Source: a virus
DNA length: 64,000 nucleotides
Reading direction: 5' to 3' (one strand)
Virus genome (UHGV): UHGV-0214148
This document shows positions 1 through 10,908 of this stretch, one piece after another. How positions within the stretch are numbered: the stretch's first letter is position 1; each line of letters starts with the position of its first letter. A program made the position numbers and the translations under genes. Under the pieces are notes generated by a model. It worked only from the letters and a program-made list of their open reading frames with translations, was not told the DNA's origin and did not search any database.

Positions 1-1
1 G

Positions 2-499
2 AACGGTGAGAAAGCGGCGTGGTTATTTCAGTTTGATAATGCAAATGGCACGTGGCAGTGTGTTGACCACAAAGGGAATAAGTATTACATTAACTCGGTG
101 GAAGATGATCTCGGGTTTGAGAATGCGATGCTCTCAAAAGTGAACATCAACAAAGAAGATGCGTTCATTTATTCAAAGCGTTCTATTAACCTGGAAACGA
201 AAACAATTAATGAAAAATGCGAAGTTCGCAATACGGAAGCAGCGAAATCCGTTACGTTTAAAACGCAAACCTGGTTAACGGAAGCAGGGAGTTCGACAAC
301 ATTTAAAACGCCGAACTTTAAACAAGAAGGGAATGAAGCGATGTTCACCGGTAATCTGGAAATCGCTAAGAACTTCAAATACGGCGGTACGGGTGAAGGC
401 GTGGGTGTCTTTACGGTTAAAGATGCCGTTATTTCTGGTATTACCTTTAGCGTTCACATTCACCAAGGTAAACATGGCCCGACATCACCTCCGCAATAA
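2..499 (+). CDS. hypothetical protein, C-terminal part (5' end lies outside the window)
   Basis: The frame is open from the window edge to the stop at 497-499; track ORF 98..499 is the internal-GTG version. No recognisable motif. Confidence 0.45.
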   Translation, partial: NGEKAAWLFQFDNANGTWQCVDHKGNKYYINSVEDDLGFENAMLSKVNINKEDAFIYSKRSINLETKTINEKCEVRNTEAAKSVTFKTQTWLTEAGSSTTFKTPNFKQEGNEAMFTGNLEIAKNFKYGGTGEGVGVFTVKDAVISGITFSVHIHQGKHGPTSPPQ

Positions 500-616
500 T
501 TCCCCTTTTTCTTACGTTGTTTTTATATATTGTGACCTGACGTTGGTAAAACTTTTTATCAACACTTTTCTTAAACCCATCGTTTAGTTAAGCAGGCCAC
601 TTTTTCGCGCACTCTA

Positions 617-636
617 CTCCTCCCTACGGGGAGGAG
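617..636 (+). terminator. GC-rich stem-loop (CTCCTCCC-TACG-GGGAGGAG), possible terminator or RNA structure
   Basis: Perfect 8-bp inverted repeat with a 4-nt loop; no clear U-tract follows. Confidence 0.3.
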
Positions 637-704
637 CTATCTTATGCTTCGGTTGTAACACACGTCGGTCTTAGACCACTAACCTTTTGAAATGGAGAGC
701 TGTT

Positions 705-914
705 ATGTCTATTAAAGAGTTCTCTTCTGCTGAGCATATTCCAGAAGAGTTTAAGAAAATCGGTAACGTCAGCGCTTTCGGCGATACCGTTGATCATGTA
801 ACTGGTAAACTGGCTGCTGAAGCCGAAAAAATTGGCGGCGACGCATTCAAAGTTATCGGTATTTCCGGCAACAACAAACTGCACGGTAACGCGATTGTCT
901 ACAAAAAAGACTAA
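705..914 (+). CDS. BhsA/YcfR-like (DUF1471-type) small protein without signal peptide
   Basis: 69 aa from ATG 705 with GGAGAG 5 nt upstream. The C-terminus ISGNNKLHGNAIVYKK resembles the conserved TGPNTLHGTAVIYK end of enterobacterial BhsA-family proteins (recalled from memory). Track ORF 687..914 starts at an upstream ATG lacking an SD. Confidence 0.55.
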   Translation: MSIKEFSSAEHIPEEFKKIGNVSAFGDTVDHVTGKLAAEAEKIGGDAFKVIGISGNNKLHGNAIVYKKD

Positions 915-934
915 GCGAAAAAAAAAACGTGCTA

Positions 935-975
935 CTCCTACCCTCTAAGAGGGTAGGAGGTTACTTTATTTTTTT
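935..975. terminator. bidirectional intrinsic terminator between convergent genes
   Basis: 11-bp perfect stem CTCCTACCCTC/GAGGGTAGGAG (935-945/949-959), A9 run upstream and T-rich run downstream. Confidence 0.7.
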
Positions 976-2228
976 CGTGCTTTAAAGCGATGCATTTCTA
1001 AATACACTTTTTCCCAGGGACCGAATGGACCAACGATTGCTTGAGCATCGTTAATCTTCTTCTGATTATACCACCGGGCTTCACGAAAGACGTAGTTTTG
1101 ACTGTCGAATTCGGTAGTGTTAAATACCCACTCACCTTCCTCCCACGTAGGCCAATAACCTACCGTCTTACCAAATCGATTATTTAAGTACCCTAATGGT
1201 TTTTCAGAATCAGGATCGTTGGGGTCCTTGAGGTAACAGCGTCCCCAAACGGCGTTATGCGAAACACCCACGACTTCTTCTTCTAAATACGGATTATCTA
1301 CCGTAAAGATAAAAGAGGATTCGTGGAGTAAAAGTGCCTTTAATGTTTCGGGGTTGCGAATACGTTGGACATTAGTAGGTGTTGATAAATCCCCCACACC
1401 GATGGCGTCCCAGTCGTAATAGCGACGGGTTTCCAGAACGGTCCGTGCAAGATCAAAATTCGGTAAAGAAATCATGATCGCACGGTCGGAGAAATAACCC
1501 CCCGGAGGCAACCAACGTAACAGTCCACCGATGACGAAACCCACCGTTTTTCCCGTGATAGATTCGGGCAGCGAAATCATTAACGTGGAGTAATAGTCAC
1601 GTGTAGTGTCGAGCTTGTTTAGGGTAAGGTTGGCAATGGGGTAAGTTTTAACATTCCCTAACTGACCAAAAACCATACAGCCGATATCTGGCGTACAGGC
1701 TCTCCGTACGATTTTACCGGCCCCGGGTAATCGGACACCTACGGTATCTGTCTGGTGCGGTACCCATTGACCGTTAATGTTGTACAGTACACTATTACGG
1801 TATTTGTCCTTCCACTTGTCCTCACAAACGATGACAACGTCATCAGCATCATCTAAGCTGAAATCTTGACTGTGGTGGTACCCAGGCGGACACAGGTACG
1901 TTTCAACGGGTACGTCGGCATTAATCGATTGGTAATGTGCCCAACCGAATTCGAGTTTCGGCAATCCGGCTTTTAGAGTGGGGATGACGTTTCCGGCTTT
2001 TTCATTTAACCAATCTTGTAAAGTGTCTGTTCGGTTTTGTAGTTCGGCAAGATGATATTGGCTGACTAACGTATAGTCTTTACCAAGTGCACTTAAACCG
2101 ATCTCAAAGGTGTGGTAGTCTGAACACAACGTAGTTAAGGGTTGCGTGACATCGATGGCTCCCCAGGTACGGGACTCTCGAGAGAAGCCAAAAGCGCTGT
2201 CGGGCCGCACTTGATAAGCAGTAGTCAC
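966..2228 (-). CDS. hypothetical protein (420 aa)
   Basis: Long ORF; GAGGA SD-like sequence about 8 nt upstream of ATG 2228; no motif recognised. Confidence 0.6.
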   Translation of the reverse strand: MTTAYQVRPDSAFGFSRESRTWGAIDVTQPLTTLCSDYHTFEIGLSALGKDYTLVSQYHLAELQNRTDTLQDWLNEKAGNVIPTLKAGLPKLEFGWAHYQSINADVPVETYLCPPGYHHSQDFSLDDADDVVIVCEDKWKDKYRNSVLYNINGQWVPHQTDTVGVRLPGAGKIVRRACTPDIGCMVFGQLGNVKTYPIANLTLNKLDTTRDYYSTLMISLPESITGKTVGFVIGGLLRWLPPGGYFSDRAIMISLPNFDLARTVLETRRYYDWDAIGVGDLSTPTNVQRIRNPETLKALLLHESSFIFTVDNPYLEEEVVGVSHNAVWGRCYLKDPNDPDSEKPLGYLNNRFGKTVGYWPTWEEGEWVFNTTEFDSQNYVFREARWYNQKKINDAQAIVGPFGPWEKVYLEMHRFKARKK

Positions 2229-2296
2229 AGCTCTTTTCCTCTATAGATTCAAGTCATAGTATGAACTTCGACGCCCACGGATTATAGGAGTAGAGA

Positions 2297-5200
2297 ATGG
2301 CTGTCGTCTTAGACCCACACTTCAAAAAACCGGGGAATAAAATAACCGGTGAAGCGGTCGCCGTCATTGGTACGAAATACCGAATGTTGGTACCTGCCCA
2401 CGCCCCTTTTTTCACCACATCCCTGGTGGTCAAGAGCGGCGGCAAAACACTGACCTTAGGCGACGATTACATTATTACACACCCGTACGAGACCGGTATG
2501 TTGCGCACAGCCTATCTCATTCACGGGATGATTTGGATTGTTAATGACAAATACAAATCGAATTTTACGGTAGATTACCACGCCGTTGGTTGTGGTCAGG
2601 CTACCCAACAACAGATTACCGCAGAACGCGAACTCAATAAAGATAAATACCCGACTACGTGTCAGTGGGACACCGTCATCGGGGACGTTTACTTTCCGCC
2701 GGTCGATATCCAGTTCGATTGGGAGAATTGGAAAGGTGAACTGGAATTAATGCAGGCTATTGCTGGATTAGGCGATTCGTTAGGGGAAGTCGTGAGTCGA
2801 CTTAACCCCATCGCACGCAATACCCTGGATTTAGAATACCGTGCTAACAGCAAGGTTATCACTTCCGAGCAGTATGCCGCATACGACAATAAAGGTGGGT
2901 TCACCTACAACACTACCCGTCATCGTTATAGCTTGAGTTATAAAACTGCAACCTTTAACAACTACGCCCTGTCAGTGAAACATAGAATTCCTGCTATTCT
3001 GCCAGACATGACGAAATTGAATCCAAACGAACAGATCGATTGGATGCTCTGTTATGCTAACGGCGGGGCAAGTATTCTACGGCTGCAGCTAAAACAGCGC
3101 AAAATCTCACTGGTCTTAACGGTCGCTATTGGTAGCGGTTCAACAAACTACGATTATACGTTAATCAACGGTTTAACTGACGATGAGTTAAAAAACGATA
3201 TCGATTTTAGTGTAACCCGTCAACCCGGAAACGGTGTTTACGTCATCGTAGTAAAAACAAATAAACAGACCATGGATTATACATTCAATGTCGATACGCC
3301 ACCTGATGAGTTCTCGGCAGGGTATTCGAAAACGGATGTTGCTAAATGGTTGAAGTCTAAAACGAACATTAACCTGAACTGGTATGCTGGACAAAAAGAT
3401 TATGTTCAAATTCGTTCTTTACCCGGTGCACCAGAACCTGACGTCGATAACGATGTTTACCAGTTAATAGTTAAATACCATCAATTAGTTGAGCAGCTGT
3501 ATCGTAACGCGCCTGCACACGAACACGTTACACGTAAGGACAACCCGCACACCGATACGTGGGGCCCGATCCGTGCGTTACAGCTGAATGGTATTGCGTC
3601 GGATGCCGCGTTAGCTTACGGGAAAACGAAACAACAGTTAACGGATTATGTTAATGCTAAGTACCCAACACAAGCAACGTTAACCGCACAGAAAAAACTG
3701 CTTCGTGAATCGGCGAACAAGAACGTTAACGGCACGATTACCACACTTCCGGGTTTTACTTCGTTCACGACGGAAGTTGATCCGGTTTCGATGTCGAAAT
3801 ACGTGAGTCCTCGTTTTAGCGAAAGCTACGTTAGTAATGGTCACAGGTATCACGGTGCGCTTCGTTACACAGGAACGAAGAGTGGATTCGCCACTTCTTT
3901 TAATGCGGTACCTGCCAACCTGCAAGATATTGACTTTATTGTTACCGGACGTAAAACAGCGTCTGGTAATGAAGCTGTCGGTACGGTTAGCCTACGTTTC
4001 TATCAGAAACCTGGTACTAACTCTGGAAAATTTATCCAGCTTACAGGTGAAATTTCTGCGGGTAAAGTCGGCGTTAAGTTGGAACTGAACGGTTTTTCGA
4101 ATACCACACCGGAAGTTCAGTATCTTTCCCAAGCCCCTAATCCAGCAATACCGGATGGGGATTTTACTCTGCGTTTTCAACTGAAACGCACAGGGAACGT
4201 GTTTGATGTCGTTATTACCATAAACGGCAAGACATACAGTGCACGTGTTAACTTCACTAACATGGACGCTGCACTAGAAGCATTGGAGAATAGCCACCAC
4301 TTTAAATCATTGATCAGTAATGTTGCTGACAACGTCACTATTAGCTCGGGGAATAAAGGTAACACGGTTACCATTAAGAAAGCGCCCGACGTCGTTGACG
4401 GGACCCGTTTAGGTGCCCAGTTTGTCGTTGACCCGAAATCCATTAAGTTTATTGGACAAGGTTCAACCGAGGTTAATGCGGGGAATAACCCTGTAACGTT
4501 TCAAGCAGGTACTAACCAACTTATATTGTATCCTGATGATCGTGGGTTACAGTGGCGTGGTAAGAAACTCTTAGACCCCACTACCGTGGCTCCGTATCTG
4601 CCAGGCAATACCGCGGGCGGTACGGGATTATTCTACGGTACATCTACAACCACGGTAGAGCTTACCGGTAGCGGGATAAAAGCATCGCCGTTCGTAGCGA
4701 CTTTTATTCTCCCTACCGCGACCGATACAACAGCCCTGGCAGCTTGGCAGTTGACCGATGAGTTTGGTACCGCTGAAAACCTTGCAGCAACGCCAGCACT
4801 GATTGAAAAACTCGATGCGGAGTTCACCGGTAAATTAGTTGCGGTTAAATCGTACATTAACGACATGCAACTTACCAGCTCGGTCACTATCGACAAAATT
4901 ACCTTTGGTTTAGGTAACGTTGCGAATACACCCGATGTCAATTTACCGATTTCTACAGCACAACGTGCGGAGTTAGATAAATACTCGCCTAAAGTTCACC
5001 AACACCCGTTTACCGCTTTTGGTACTGGGAACGCAACCACAGCGAAACGTGGTCTGATTAAATTTGGTCTGGATGTGGATGATGCGACTTTAGCACTCGA
5101 TGGGAGTGTGGTAATGGCGCAGACTACCCAGATTGAAAAATTGGAAAGTGCTGTCGGGGGTGTTGACTCGGAGGCACGTCTCGACATTATACGTTTTGGT

Positions 5201-6619
5201 AAGTCTGGTAACGACTTAATTGATGTTACGGTCAAAGACAAAATACTGGTTACACTTCCAGCATCAACGTATTTTATCGGTGGCGAAACATACACCGTGC
5301 CGTTGACGACGATTAACGTCAGTGAACGTTTTCCGAAGTTGAATACAGAAATCTACGCGGGGATTTTTGTTGATATTGTTGACAACAAAGCGAAGTACAT
5401 TATTCACGACAGCTACAGTCAAGCTGAAACGGATACCATGACGCGTGTGGGATTAATCGGCGTCAATGACCTTTCTGAAGTGTTCGTTACAGAGATGCGT
5501 AACGTCACACGGCTGGACGATTTCCGTGAACTGAAAGATCACGCTGCTGACGATAACGCGCATATTCACCGCTCCACGACACGTGCAGTGCTTGGGTTAG
5601 CTAACTTAACGGTAGGTGCGCCCTGCTGGGCTTCGGGACTCCAGGCAGTAGTACGTGGTGAAGCAGATTGGCGTTATGTCGTCGGTGGACAGTATAGAGC
5701 CTTAGACGGGGTGAAATACGACCAGCTCGCATCAAAGTGGGTTTTCGATGCGAAAGGGGTAAGTGATAACCTTCATGGTTTTATTCACAACTTATTCCCG
5801 ACTTTCAAAAACGCAGGAATGCGGGTAAGTTGGGAAACAGAAAGCAACGCAAAAACCGGAACAGTGTTAGAAACTGTTTTAGGTTGTTGGAAGAACACCG
5901 ACGGCGAGTTTATGCGGTTGTCATTACTCATCACTCGCGGTTATCGTTTAACTGACAGTAACGGTGAATATTGTTACGCAGGGTTCGGTTTGAACTTCGG
6001 TAGCGGGAAATCGGTAGTGGTAGGTTTCACACCAACGAAGCGTGTTACAGCTGCACCGTGGAGTTCATTACAACCTGACGTAACGTTTACCCACACCCGT
6101 GGTGCAAACAACGCAATAACGTTTAATGCATCGCTGACTTTAGCTGGCACTGTGTATACTATCGTGGTGTTTTTATCCGCGACAGATAAATACGTAAGCT
6201 GTACGGCAGCAGGGGGAACTACGCAGAAAATCCCATTAGCCGACCGTTTAACCGGGTTCAATATCGAACCTATCGTTAACGATCCGTATACCCCTATTTA
6301 CTACGGTTTAGGGGGACTTTATGAGGATGAGGTTCGTGCCAACATCCGCTCTACAGCAGACAGCGCAACTGCGAACAAAGTCTACGGTACGTTGTTGGAC
6401 TATGTTAGCAACTATTCCTCATTAAATCGAGTACGCGTCATGGAATTGGCCGGTGTCAGCTCAGACCCCGAAACGCTTAATGCGTTAGTGGCAACTGAAT
6501 TTAATAACAGCCTGGCGGATTACGCTGCGTTACCGATACCTCCTTATCTTAACAAGGAGCGCGTAATGTCGTTTATCGACACCAACAATAAAGTGCAGGC
6601 GGTAATCATTCGCGATTAA
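2297..6619 (+). CDS. tail fibre protein (1440 aa)
   Basis: GGAG SD; N-terminal PFF...G.DY anchor motif shared with the next three genes; contains the T4/lambda-type fibre motif FGLGNVANTPD..LPISTAQ....KVHQH. Confidence 0.7.
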   Translation: MAVVLDPHFKKPGNKITGEAVAVIGTKYRMLVPAHAPFFTTSLVVKSGGKTLTLGDDYIITHPYETGMLRTAYLIHGMIWIVNDKYKSNFTVDYHAVGCGQATQQQITAERELNKDKYPTTCQWDTVIGDVYFPPVDIQFDWENWKGELELMQAIAGLGDSLGEVVSRLNPIARNTLDLEYRANSKVITSEQYAAYDNKGGFTYNTTRHRYSLSYKTATFNNYALSVKHRIPAILPDMTKLNPNEQIDWMLCYANGGASILRLQLKQRKISLVLTVAIGSGSTNYDYTLINGLTDDELKNDIDFSVTRQPGNGVYVIVVKTNKQTMDYTFNVDTPPDEFSAGYSKTDVAKWLKSKTNINLNWYAGQKDYVQIRSLPGAPEPDVDNDVYQLIVKYHQLVEQLYRNAPAHEHVTRKDNPHTDTWGPIRALQLNGIASDAALAYGKTKQQLTDYVNAKYPTQATLTAQKKLLRESANKNVNGTITTLPGFTSFTTEVDPVSMSKYVSPRFSESYVSNGHRYHGALRYTGTKSGFATSFNAVPANLQDIDFIVTGRKTASGNEAVGTVSLRFYQKPGTNSGKFIQLTGEISAGKVGVKLELNGFSNTTPEVQYLSQAPNPAIPDGDFTLRFQLKRTGNVFDVVITINGKTYSARVNFTNMDAALEALENSHHFKSLISNVADNVTISSGNKGNTVTIKKAPDVVDGTRLGAQFVVDPKSIKFIGQGSTEVNAGNNPVTFQAGTNQLILYPDDRGLQWRGKKLLDPTTVAPYLPGNTAGGTGLFYGTSTTTVELTGSGIKASPFVATFILPTATDTTALAAWQLTDEFGTAENLAATPALIEKLDAEFTGKLVAVKSYINDMQLTSSVTIDKITFGLGNVANTPDVNLPISTAQRAELDKYSPKVHQHPFTAFGTGNATTAKRGLIKFGLDVDDATLALDGSVVMAQTTQIEKLESAVGGVDSEARLDIIRFGKSGNDLIDVTVKDKILVTLPASTYFIGGETYTVPLTTINVSERFPKLNTEIYAGIFVDIVDNKAKYIIHDSYSQAETDTMTRVGLIGVNDLSEVFVTEMRNVTRLDDFRELKDHAADDNAHIHRSTTRAVLGLANLTVGAPCWASGLQAVVRGEADWRYVVGGQYRALDGVKYDQLASKWVFDAKGVSDNLHGFIHNLFPTFKNAGMRVSWETESNAKTGTVLETVLGCWKNTDGEFMRLSLLITRGYRLTDSNGEYCYAGFGLNFGSGKSVVVGFTPTKRVTAAPWSSLQPDVTFTHTRGANNAITFNASLTLAGTVYTIVVFLSATDKYVSCTAAGGTTQKIPLADRLTGFNIEPIVNDPYTPIYYGLGGLYEDEVRANIRSTADSATANKVYGTLLDYVSNYSSLNRVRVMELAGVSSDPETLNALVATEFNNSLADYAALPIPPYLNKERVMSFIDTNNKVQAVIIRD

Positions 6620-6632
6620 GGAGAATTTTTTG

Positions 6633-9600
6633 ATGAAAGCGTATCCTTACGATCCTCGGGGGACGAAAACCGAGAATCACTTCTTAGAGGAGCGTATCAT
6701 CGGGTCAGAAAACAACAACGATCGGGTGGTGATTCTAGACCATCGCCCGTTTTTTGAAGATTTAGTCGTCAGACAACCAGGTTCAACCACCCCACTGAGT
6801 CGTGGGGTGGACTACGAACTGCAATATCAGCTGACGGAACTGGATGACTCGGTAGCAGCCAACGTGTATTGTGGGGTACACCTTATCAACCCTTCCATCA
6901 AAGGCATCGTAACCTTTGAAGGACAAATGCTCGGCGGTACGTTCTACGACCCGTTTGTTGATATTCTCGATGAACTGGTGAAATATTTGAATAACCCAGT
7001 CAGTGCTGACTGGTTGTTATTAGAAGGCAGACCGTCGTTATACCCGGCTACGCCTGCGGCAACGTCCTGGGCGGATTTGCTGAACAAAAAATATTTAGCG
7101 TCGGCAGTTCACGATATTGAATTGAAAACCGACGACGCTAACCAGTTAATTAAAGACAAATTAGCTGAAGTTAAAGCGTTAGTCGCCGCGCTGGGTAAAG
7201 AAATCGAGGCATTTAACTACCCGGCACACATCGCGGAAACCAACCCGCACCAAACTACTTCTGCACAGATTAGCGCACATCCTGTTAACTTGAAAACACC
7301 CGACACCTTTATGGCGTACGGGTTAAAGTTGAAAGCACTGACGGATGAACTGAAAGCGTTTCGTTTACCACAGTCAGTTATTGACACGTATATCTCCCAC
7401 TGGATTTCTTCAGAAGTACGGGGTGTGTTTAACTGTACGGTGTCAGGAAACCGTGCACAATTCCGCTCAAAAAACGGTGAGTCAGAAATCATTTTTGCGA
7501 ATGATGGCTTTACGTTAAAATCCAACGGTTCTGTGGTGTTGGCGGTAGGGCATCTGGAGGGAACGGGTGCAGGACGTTACATTAACTGGCGTGCTGGTAA
7601 AAACACCTTACGTATCGAGTCAACAGGCGATGCTTTAGGGATGAACAAACTCACCCTAAACGGTAACCCGTTACTGACTACCACGGCGTTGATGGAATAC
7701 CAACAAGATCCTGATGCTGGCGGGAGCGGCGGCGGTGACCCTGATGACTCGAAGGTGTACATCGAAGGCCGTAATGGGATTAGCTTCACCGGTAAAGGCT
7801 CTCGGACCGATCCTATCGTGGGTACTATCGACCCGACGAAAGCGACAACCGCTGAAAAAGGTGTTGTTAAGCTTAAAACTGGTAAAGGTACAGAAACGGT
7901 TGGGGTTGCAGCAACGCCAGCGTCATTAACACCTTATTCGACCGACCTATCAGGGTATGTGGCTAAAACGACCATGATTAACGGTAAGCCAATGAATGAC
8001 GGCTCCAGGACAATCACGAAAGCTGACCTGGGGTTAGGGCAAGCGGATAACACCGCAGACCTTGACAAACCGTTGTCAACCGAGTTAACTAAGGCGGTTA
8101 GCGGTCTAGCAGATGTAGGCCATCATCACGATTGGTCGGAGTTAGGCATTTATAAAGCTTCTCAATCTGTTTACGGTATTGGACGTTATGCAACTAACCA
8201 GAACGGTTTGGTTGAAAACCGTGCAGTGGTACCGAACATCTTAAAAGAGCTTTCGGCACGTTTAAGTGTGGTCGCTGCGGCAATTGCAAATGCGAAAGAA
8301 GGAACAGTAACGGATTTCGCTGCTGTAAAAGGCGCAGACTGGCGATTTAATAGCCAGGGTACGGCAATCTCCGTTCAGGATTTGAAATATTTCTATTTGC
8401 TGGACGGCACGAAAGGTGACAGTACCGTTACCGGTGCGATTGACCTGCAAACCACCCCGATGTTTAACTGGTTCTCACCGAATAACCAACTTGAGCTGAC
8501 TTGGGCTACGGGTAAGGTGAGTAACGGTACGGGAATCAACTGGACGGGTATTGAAGAACCGCCATTGATGGGGTTCCAGTCTGTCCCGGTAGGTAAAACC
8601 GCTACGCAGATGGGTGACCAGTCAGTTGTTACTGTATTGGCAAAAACGCGTGTAAAAGCATACCAACCGAAGCTCTGGGTTTATGCTGCTGGGGGTGGTC
8701 CGGTTACGGTTTACATTAACGGTATCCAGGCCGCTTCAGGCGAGTCCCCACTCGTTGCGGTGTACGAAACGTCGTCAGACGTTGAAAATTACACAGTGGC
8801 GGTTAAAGCCGAGTGCAGCGACACGACTAAATCCGCAGCGGTACAGTTCGAAGTTTACGATGGTGACTACCCCGTTTATTTCAGTGGTCCTGAAACGCGC
8901 GTAGAGCTTCTCCAGGAGTTTGTTACAACGCACGTAGGGGTTCGTCACTATTTGTACGTTAACATGCTCACAGGCTCTTTGTATTCGCGTGCTGAACCGA
9001 TTCAGAGTATTGCCGTTGACCCAGAGCGCGGTTATATCGGATATGTTGATATCGTTCCTGGTCAGTCTTACGCGAATAAAACTGTGGGGTTTGAAACCAC
9101 GTTTGATTTCGGGAAAAGTGCGGAAGTTAGCGAGCACATCAGCACTCGTAAGGCACACGGACTCAGCGCTGTTGACTGGGCGTTAACGGATAACCCACGG
9201 CTGCCGTTATTAAACCGTGCTATTGCTGAACCAAGAGCGTGTATCTTTAGGAAACCGTTAGCAACCGCTACAGGGGATGTTTTCCATCTTGTCAGTCGCG
9301 GCCTTTATACCTACGCACACAACCAAAACGTGAAGTCGAGTCTTCAATACGTTGTGATACCTGAAGGTGCTACGCCGTATTGTTGGTTTACACCATTTAA
9401 CCCGAAAGAAAACAACGCACCGACATTCGAAGGCTCGTTTGCGTTCGATGTTGACGATGTTGGTGGAACGCAAGCCCTTGCTGCTGCGCCGGATTTGGTT
9501 CTATGCACGTCAACGCAAGGTAGCAGCGTTAAACGTCGCTATCTGCGCATTGACCTAACTACCAAAACCTGTAAGTTGGGGATTGGTTCCCGTTCAGATT

Positions 9601-10814
9601 CTGCTGTTACGGATATTCCGTTAGTGATGGAGGAGTCTGGGGAAACGGCAGTGGCCGCAACGTTTAAGGATGTGTTGTTCAACGGTGAGGAAACCAACCC
9701 CGCGACGCTCGACTTGATAGGTTGGGGTGCCAGCCGAGATAAAATTTCTGCAAACCATGCACCTCGTGGCATGATTCGGTATCGTTACAACGTAAACACA
9801 CGGGTATTACGTTTAGCACTGACGTTCTCACAGTTCGGAACGACAACAGTTAAACATCGACAGCTGGAGATTCAATTCCCGTTCGATTTAGTGGATTATT
9901 TCACTGGCGACGGTGTGGGATTGTCGTTTAAAGAACTGTCTGCGAAATGTCGTGTAACGATTAGTCACGCGCTGATTGATCCGGCTACGAGTAACGTCGA
10001 CATTGATAAGTACCATTACTTACGTTCGTTGTTCGAATCGTATCTGGATTCTTCCGTTGGGTATTTGGCTGATACCAAAGACGTTGATTTTAGTCAGTCT
10101 GTGATTGACCCTGCGACTTACGAGGTTAGTCAAAAATACCGCGTTACAGAAAGCATCGCGCTGCCAACCGGCCAGGGAAGTGTTGCTGTTTCCCATGACG
10201 GCCAGTTGCCTGCGCAGTTCTTTGACCGTAAGCTGTCTCGTGGTGCCTTGATGGCCAAGAAAGGTGAACTCAACGCTTCCTGGAATAATGAGTGGAGCAC
10301 GACTAAAGCTGCTGCGAGTCGTTATCGCCATAAACTCATTCTACGCTTTGCACAAGGTGCTGATAAACAGCAGTATCGCGTTGCAAAAGTGGCCGGGACG
10401 GTGAAGTCTAACTGGCCGGGTAAAGTGATTATTGGTGATGCCGGGAAGGACCCGTATGTATCGGCTATTGATAGCGTATCTTTTGCGCTTTCGACCGCCT
10501 CTGATACAGGTAAAGCGATTACTCTTACGCCAAAGGACTTACGTGTAGGTCAGGACATTTATATTGTCTTAGAACCACCCGGCAATAATCCAGAAGGTTA
10601 TGAACTTAACTTCACTTGTTCGTTAGATGTCACTGACGAGAAAAGTGTCCGTCAAGATCAACTCAATGCACAGAGTTTCGAACTCCGTAGCGGCGAAAGT
10701 CAGTTCTTAATGGAGAAACGCAACCCGTACCACATCACGAGTAAAGCGTGGAAGTGGATTTTGGCTGTACTGAAACGTGAACTTAACGGGAAGCAGTTAG
10801 GGGATCGTACTTAG
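6633..10814 (+). CDS. tail fibre protein (1393 aa)
   Basis: AAGGAG SD 9 nt upstream of ATG 6633 (track start 6630 is TTG); N-terminal PFF...GVDY motif; fibre motif ADLGLGQADNTADLDKPLSTELTKAV..GHHH; Gly-rich linker. Confidence 0.7.
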   Translation: MKAYPYDPRGTKTENHFLEERIIGSENNNDRVVILDHRPFFEDLVVRQPGSTTPLSRGVDYELQYQLTELDDSVAANVYCGVHLINPSIKGIVTFEGQMLGGTFYDPFVDILDELVKYLNNPVSADWLLLEGRPSLYPATPAATSWADLLNKKYLASAVHDIELKTDDANQLIKDKLAEVKALVAALGKEIEAFNYPAHIAETNPHQTTSAQISAHPVNLKTPDTFMAYGLKLKALTDELKAFRLPQSVIDTYISHWISSEVRGVFNCTVSGNRAQFRSKNGESEIIFANDGFTLKSNGSVVLAVGHLEGTGAGRYINWRAGKNTLRIESTGDALGMNKLTLNGNPLLTTTALMEYQQDPDAGGSGGGDPDDSKVYIEGRNGISFTGKGSRTDPIVGTIDPTKATTAEKGVVKLKTGKGTETVGVAATPASLTPYSTDLSGYVAKTTMINGKPMNDGSRTITKADLGLGQADNTADLDKPLSTELTKAVSGLADVGHHHDWSELGIYKASQSVYGIGRYATNQNGLVENRAVVPNILKELSARLSVVAAAIANAKEGTVTDFAAVKGADWRFNSQGTAISVQDLKYFYLLDGTKGDSTVTGAIDLQTTPMFNWFSPNNQLELTWATGKVSNGTGINWTGIEEPPLMGFQSVPVGKTATQMGDQSVVTVLAKTRVKAYQPKLWVYAAGGGPVTVYINGIQAASGESPLVAVYETSSDVENYTVAVKAECSDTTKSAAVQFEVYDGDYPVYFSGPETRVELLQEFVTTHVGVRHYLYVNMLTGSLYSRAEPIQSIAVDPERGYIGYVDIVPGQSYANKTVGFETTFDFGKSAEVSEHISTRKAHGLSAVDWALTDNPRLPLLNRAIAEPRACIFRKPLATATGDVFHLVSRGLYTYAHNQNVKSSLQYVVIPEGATPYCWFTPFNPKENNAPTFEGSFAFDVDDVGGTQALAAAPDLVLCTSTQGSSVKRRYLRIDLTTKTCKLGIGSRSDSAVTDIPLVMEESGETAVAATFKDVLFNGEETNPATLDLIGWGASRDKISANHAPRGMIRYRYNVNTRVLRLALTFSQFGTTTVKHRQLEIQFPFDLVDYFTGDGVGLSFKELSAKCRVTISHALIDPATSNVDIDKYHYLRSLFESYLDSSVGYLADTKDVDFSQSVIDPATYEVSQKYRVTESIALPTGQGSVAVSHDGQLPAQFFDRKLSRGALMAKKGELNASWNNEWSTTKAAASRYRHKLILRFAQGADKQQYRVAKVAGTVKSNWPGKVIIGDAGKDPYVSAIDSVSFALSTASDTGKAITLTPKDLRVGQDIYIVLEPPGNNPEGYELNFTCSLDVTDEKSVRQDQLNAQSFELRSGESQFLMEKRNPYHITSKAWKWILAVLKRELNGKQLGDRT

Positions 10815-10852
10815 GACAGACTGCCTGCGGGCAGTTGTGTGTCCGTAGGTAA

Positions 10853-10889
10853 CCCCTCCCTGTAATGGGGAGGGGTATCCATTTTATTT
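10853..10889 (+). terminator. intrinsic terminator
   Basis: Stem CCCCTCCC/GGGAGGGG (10853-10860/10868-10875) followed by a T-rich tract; a second short hairpin sits at 10820-10835. Confidence 0.6.
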
Positions 10890-10908
10890 AAAAGTAGGAG
10901 TCTTTACG

